Assembly: GCA_964252075.1 (NCBI GenBank)
Contig: CAXULY010000024.1
Location: 22,701 to 86,700 of the forward strand
DNA: 64,000 nt
Origin: an uncultured Deinococcaceae bacterium
GTDB taxonomy: Bacteria; Deinococcota; Deinococci; Deinococcales; Deinococcaceae
Direction: 5' to 3'
How positions within the stretch are numbered: the stretch's first letter is position 1; every line of letters starts with the position of its first letter. Under the pieces are notes generated by a model. It had not been told where the DNA came from, did no database searches, and worked only from the letters and a program-made list of their open reading frames with translations. Of the stretch, positions 62,290 through 64,000 are shown one piece after another. The translations under genes and the position numbers were made by a program.

Positions 62290-63516
62290 TGGCATACGAA
62301 GCGCGCTTGAGGCAAGGTGGTTATCCCACCGGCCAGCCGAAGTCGCTGCAAAAACAGGAAGGCCAGCAGGCACAGCAGGGCGTGATGGTGCAAGCCTCGC
62401 CACGTTCGCCCCTCGAAGTGATCGAGGCCCAGTTCTTCCTTCAGCTGTTGGTGCGCTTGTTCGCACGCCCACCTGGCTTTCAGGTCTCGCACGATCTCCA
62501 GCTTCGACGTGGAAGCTGGGTGGTTCGTCAGGTGATACTTGCGTTCCCCGCTTGCTCGTCGTTCGCCCACCAACCACACCTCATTCCCCTGGCAGGTACA
62601 CGCGGTCTCGAACCCTCGTGCCGTCCGCCGCTCGCAAGCGTAGAAACGCGAACGTCGCTTGCAGCGGTCCTTTCGTGCCATGTCGCCAGGACAACGTCTC
62701 CCACGCGTCGTCGGGCAATTCTTCCAGCAACTGCCTCGCTGTCTTCGCGTGCACGCTGATGGCCGGGTGCTTGGGTCGACGACCCTGACGTGGAACGGGC
62801 GCAGGGTGAAGTTGCACATTCGTCGGGTACAACTGCGTCGATCCTTGAATGCCGACCGCCCAGCGGAGACCGCGCTCGGAAAGGGCTTGTCGGAAGGCGG
62901 CACTGTTGCCGTACCCCGCGTCGGCGAGCACGATCTTGAACGTCACCCCCGAAGAGCGCACGCGGTCGAGTTCGTCGAGCGCGATCTGTCCTTTCGTCCG
63001 CGCTTCTTGGCGCTCGACGGGCACGCCGACGTTCGTGCACCGCAGGCCATCTTGGACCCACTCGGGTGGCAAGTACAAGCGCAGCGCGATGGGCACGGGA
63101 ATATCGTCGCGGGCGAGGGTAAGCGAGACGAGCACTTGGCAGTTCGCGGCCTTGCCGAGTGCCCCGCAGTACTGCCGCGCCACACCGACAGAGTGGCGGC
63201 CTTGCTTGGGGAAGCTGGTGTCGTCGATGATCAGCACAGCGTTCTTCCCGCCGACGAGCTTGTTCGCTCGCTGGGCGAGGAGGGCTTAGAGGGGCGCGTC
63301 GTGCCAAGCGCCAGCCGTCACGAAGTGGTGAAGCCGAGCGTACTGCCCTGGTGCGACGTGGTTGGCGAGCGGTTGGAGGCTTTTGCGTTCGAGTGGGGCG
63401 AGCAGGCCACGCAGGTACAAGGCACAGCAAGGACGGCGGCGCTTGTGACCGAGGACTTGCACGAAGGGTTTGAGGGACTGCCGAAGCGTGGGGAGCGACG
63501 AAGGCAAGACGGGCAT
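62290..63516 (-). mobile_element. IS701-family transposase, frameshifted in two places
   Basis: [71 protein letters not shown]. Confidence 0.9.
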
Positions 63517-64000
63517 GCCTGAGCCTGCCTTATCAGCGTGAAAACTCGTCCTGGACGCGAAAGAACGTGTCTAAGTAGTGCTAATGGGCCTTCAGGAACG
63601 GTGTGCCAGGTAGGTGGGTAGAGGCGGCGCAACTTCGAACGCGCGGTCTGCGCATTGCCGTTCCACTCCCCAGGGACGGCCCGCTCGTTCGGCACCCGCT
63701 CCAACTGTGCCCGCTCGGGAATGCATTGAGCTCAGGCCTGGAGCAGTCGAGGAGAACTTGACCCTCTGGAGTTGTATCAGAGGGCAAGAACGCTCAGAAG
63801 CGCGTTGGAGCTTCTCGCATCTCACGGCGGTTTCTGAACATGCTCCTTGCCTCGACCTTTTCCCAACGTGGGCGTTCAGATCGACGCGAAGTCAGGATTC
63901 ATCGTCCGGTAGAGGTCCGTGTGCCGTGGCTGCTGCTCGGCACGTAGGCGCTCTTCACGCAGGAGCAGCTCAGCGACTTCGGCCACAACGTCTGGCACAC

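Noticed and set aside
1..64000. tRNA, rRNA or structured ncRNA genes
   Set aside because: None recognisable by eye; a covariance-model scan (tRNAscan-SE, Infernal/Rfam) would be needed to exclude them.

Overview
This is a high-GC, mosaic accessory region, most likely part of a Deinococcus plasmid or secondary replicon. That inference rests on a deinococcal-type HU, an SlpA-like S-layer protein, and a Rep gene followed by about 10 iterons and an AT-rich stretch at 58-60 kb. Two defence-like islands stand out. (i) At 21.8-27.6 kb (minus strand) lies a translationally coupled four-gene operon: a small unknown protein, a radical SAM enzyme, a DUF6375-like protein and a 1408-aa Avs-like STAND NTPase. 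An R-S-E ADP-ribosyltransferase-like gene lies upstream. I do not recognise this operon as a described system. (ii) At 43.7-52.1 kb, a divergent XRE-HTH/ImmA-IrrE peptidase pair precedes two complete CBASS modules in tandem (patatin + CD-NTase + stand-alone E2; CD-NTase + Cap2 + Cap3 + HNH-SAVED) and a coupled small unknown gene. The window also holds a lipoprotein cluster with a pseudo-metalloprotease, a partial PRTRC cassette, a secreted peptide-thioredoxin-TPR operon, a VapBC module with a mutated catalytic Asp, a primase/Rep module, IS3 and IS701 remnants, and many truncated or frameshifted genes. All family calls are from motif recognition by eye; no searches were run.
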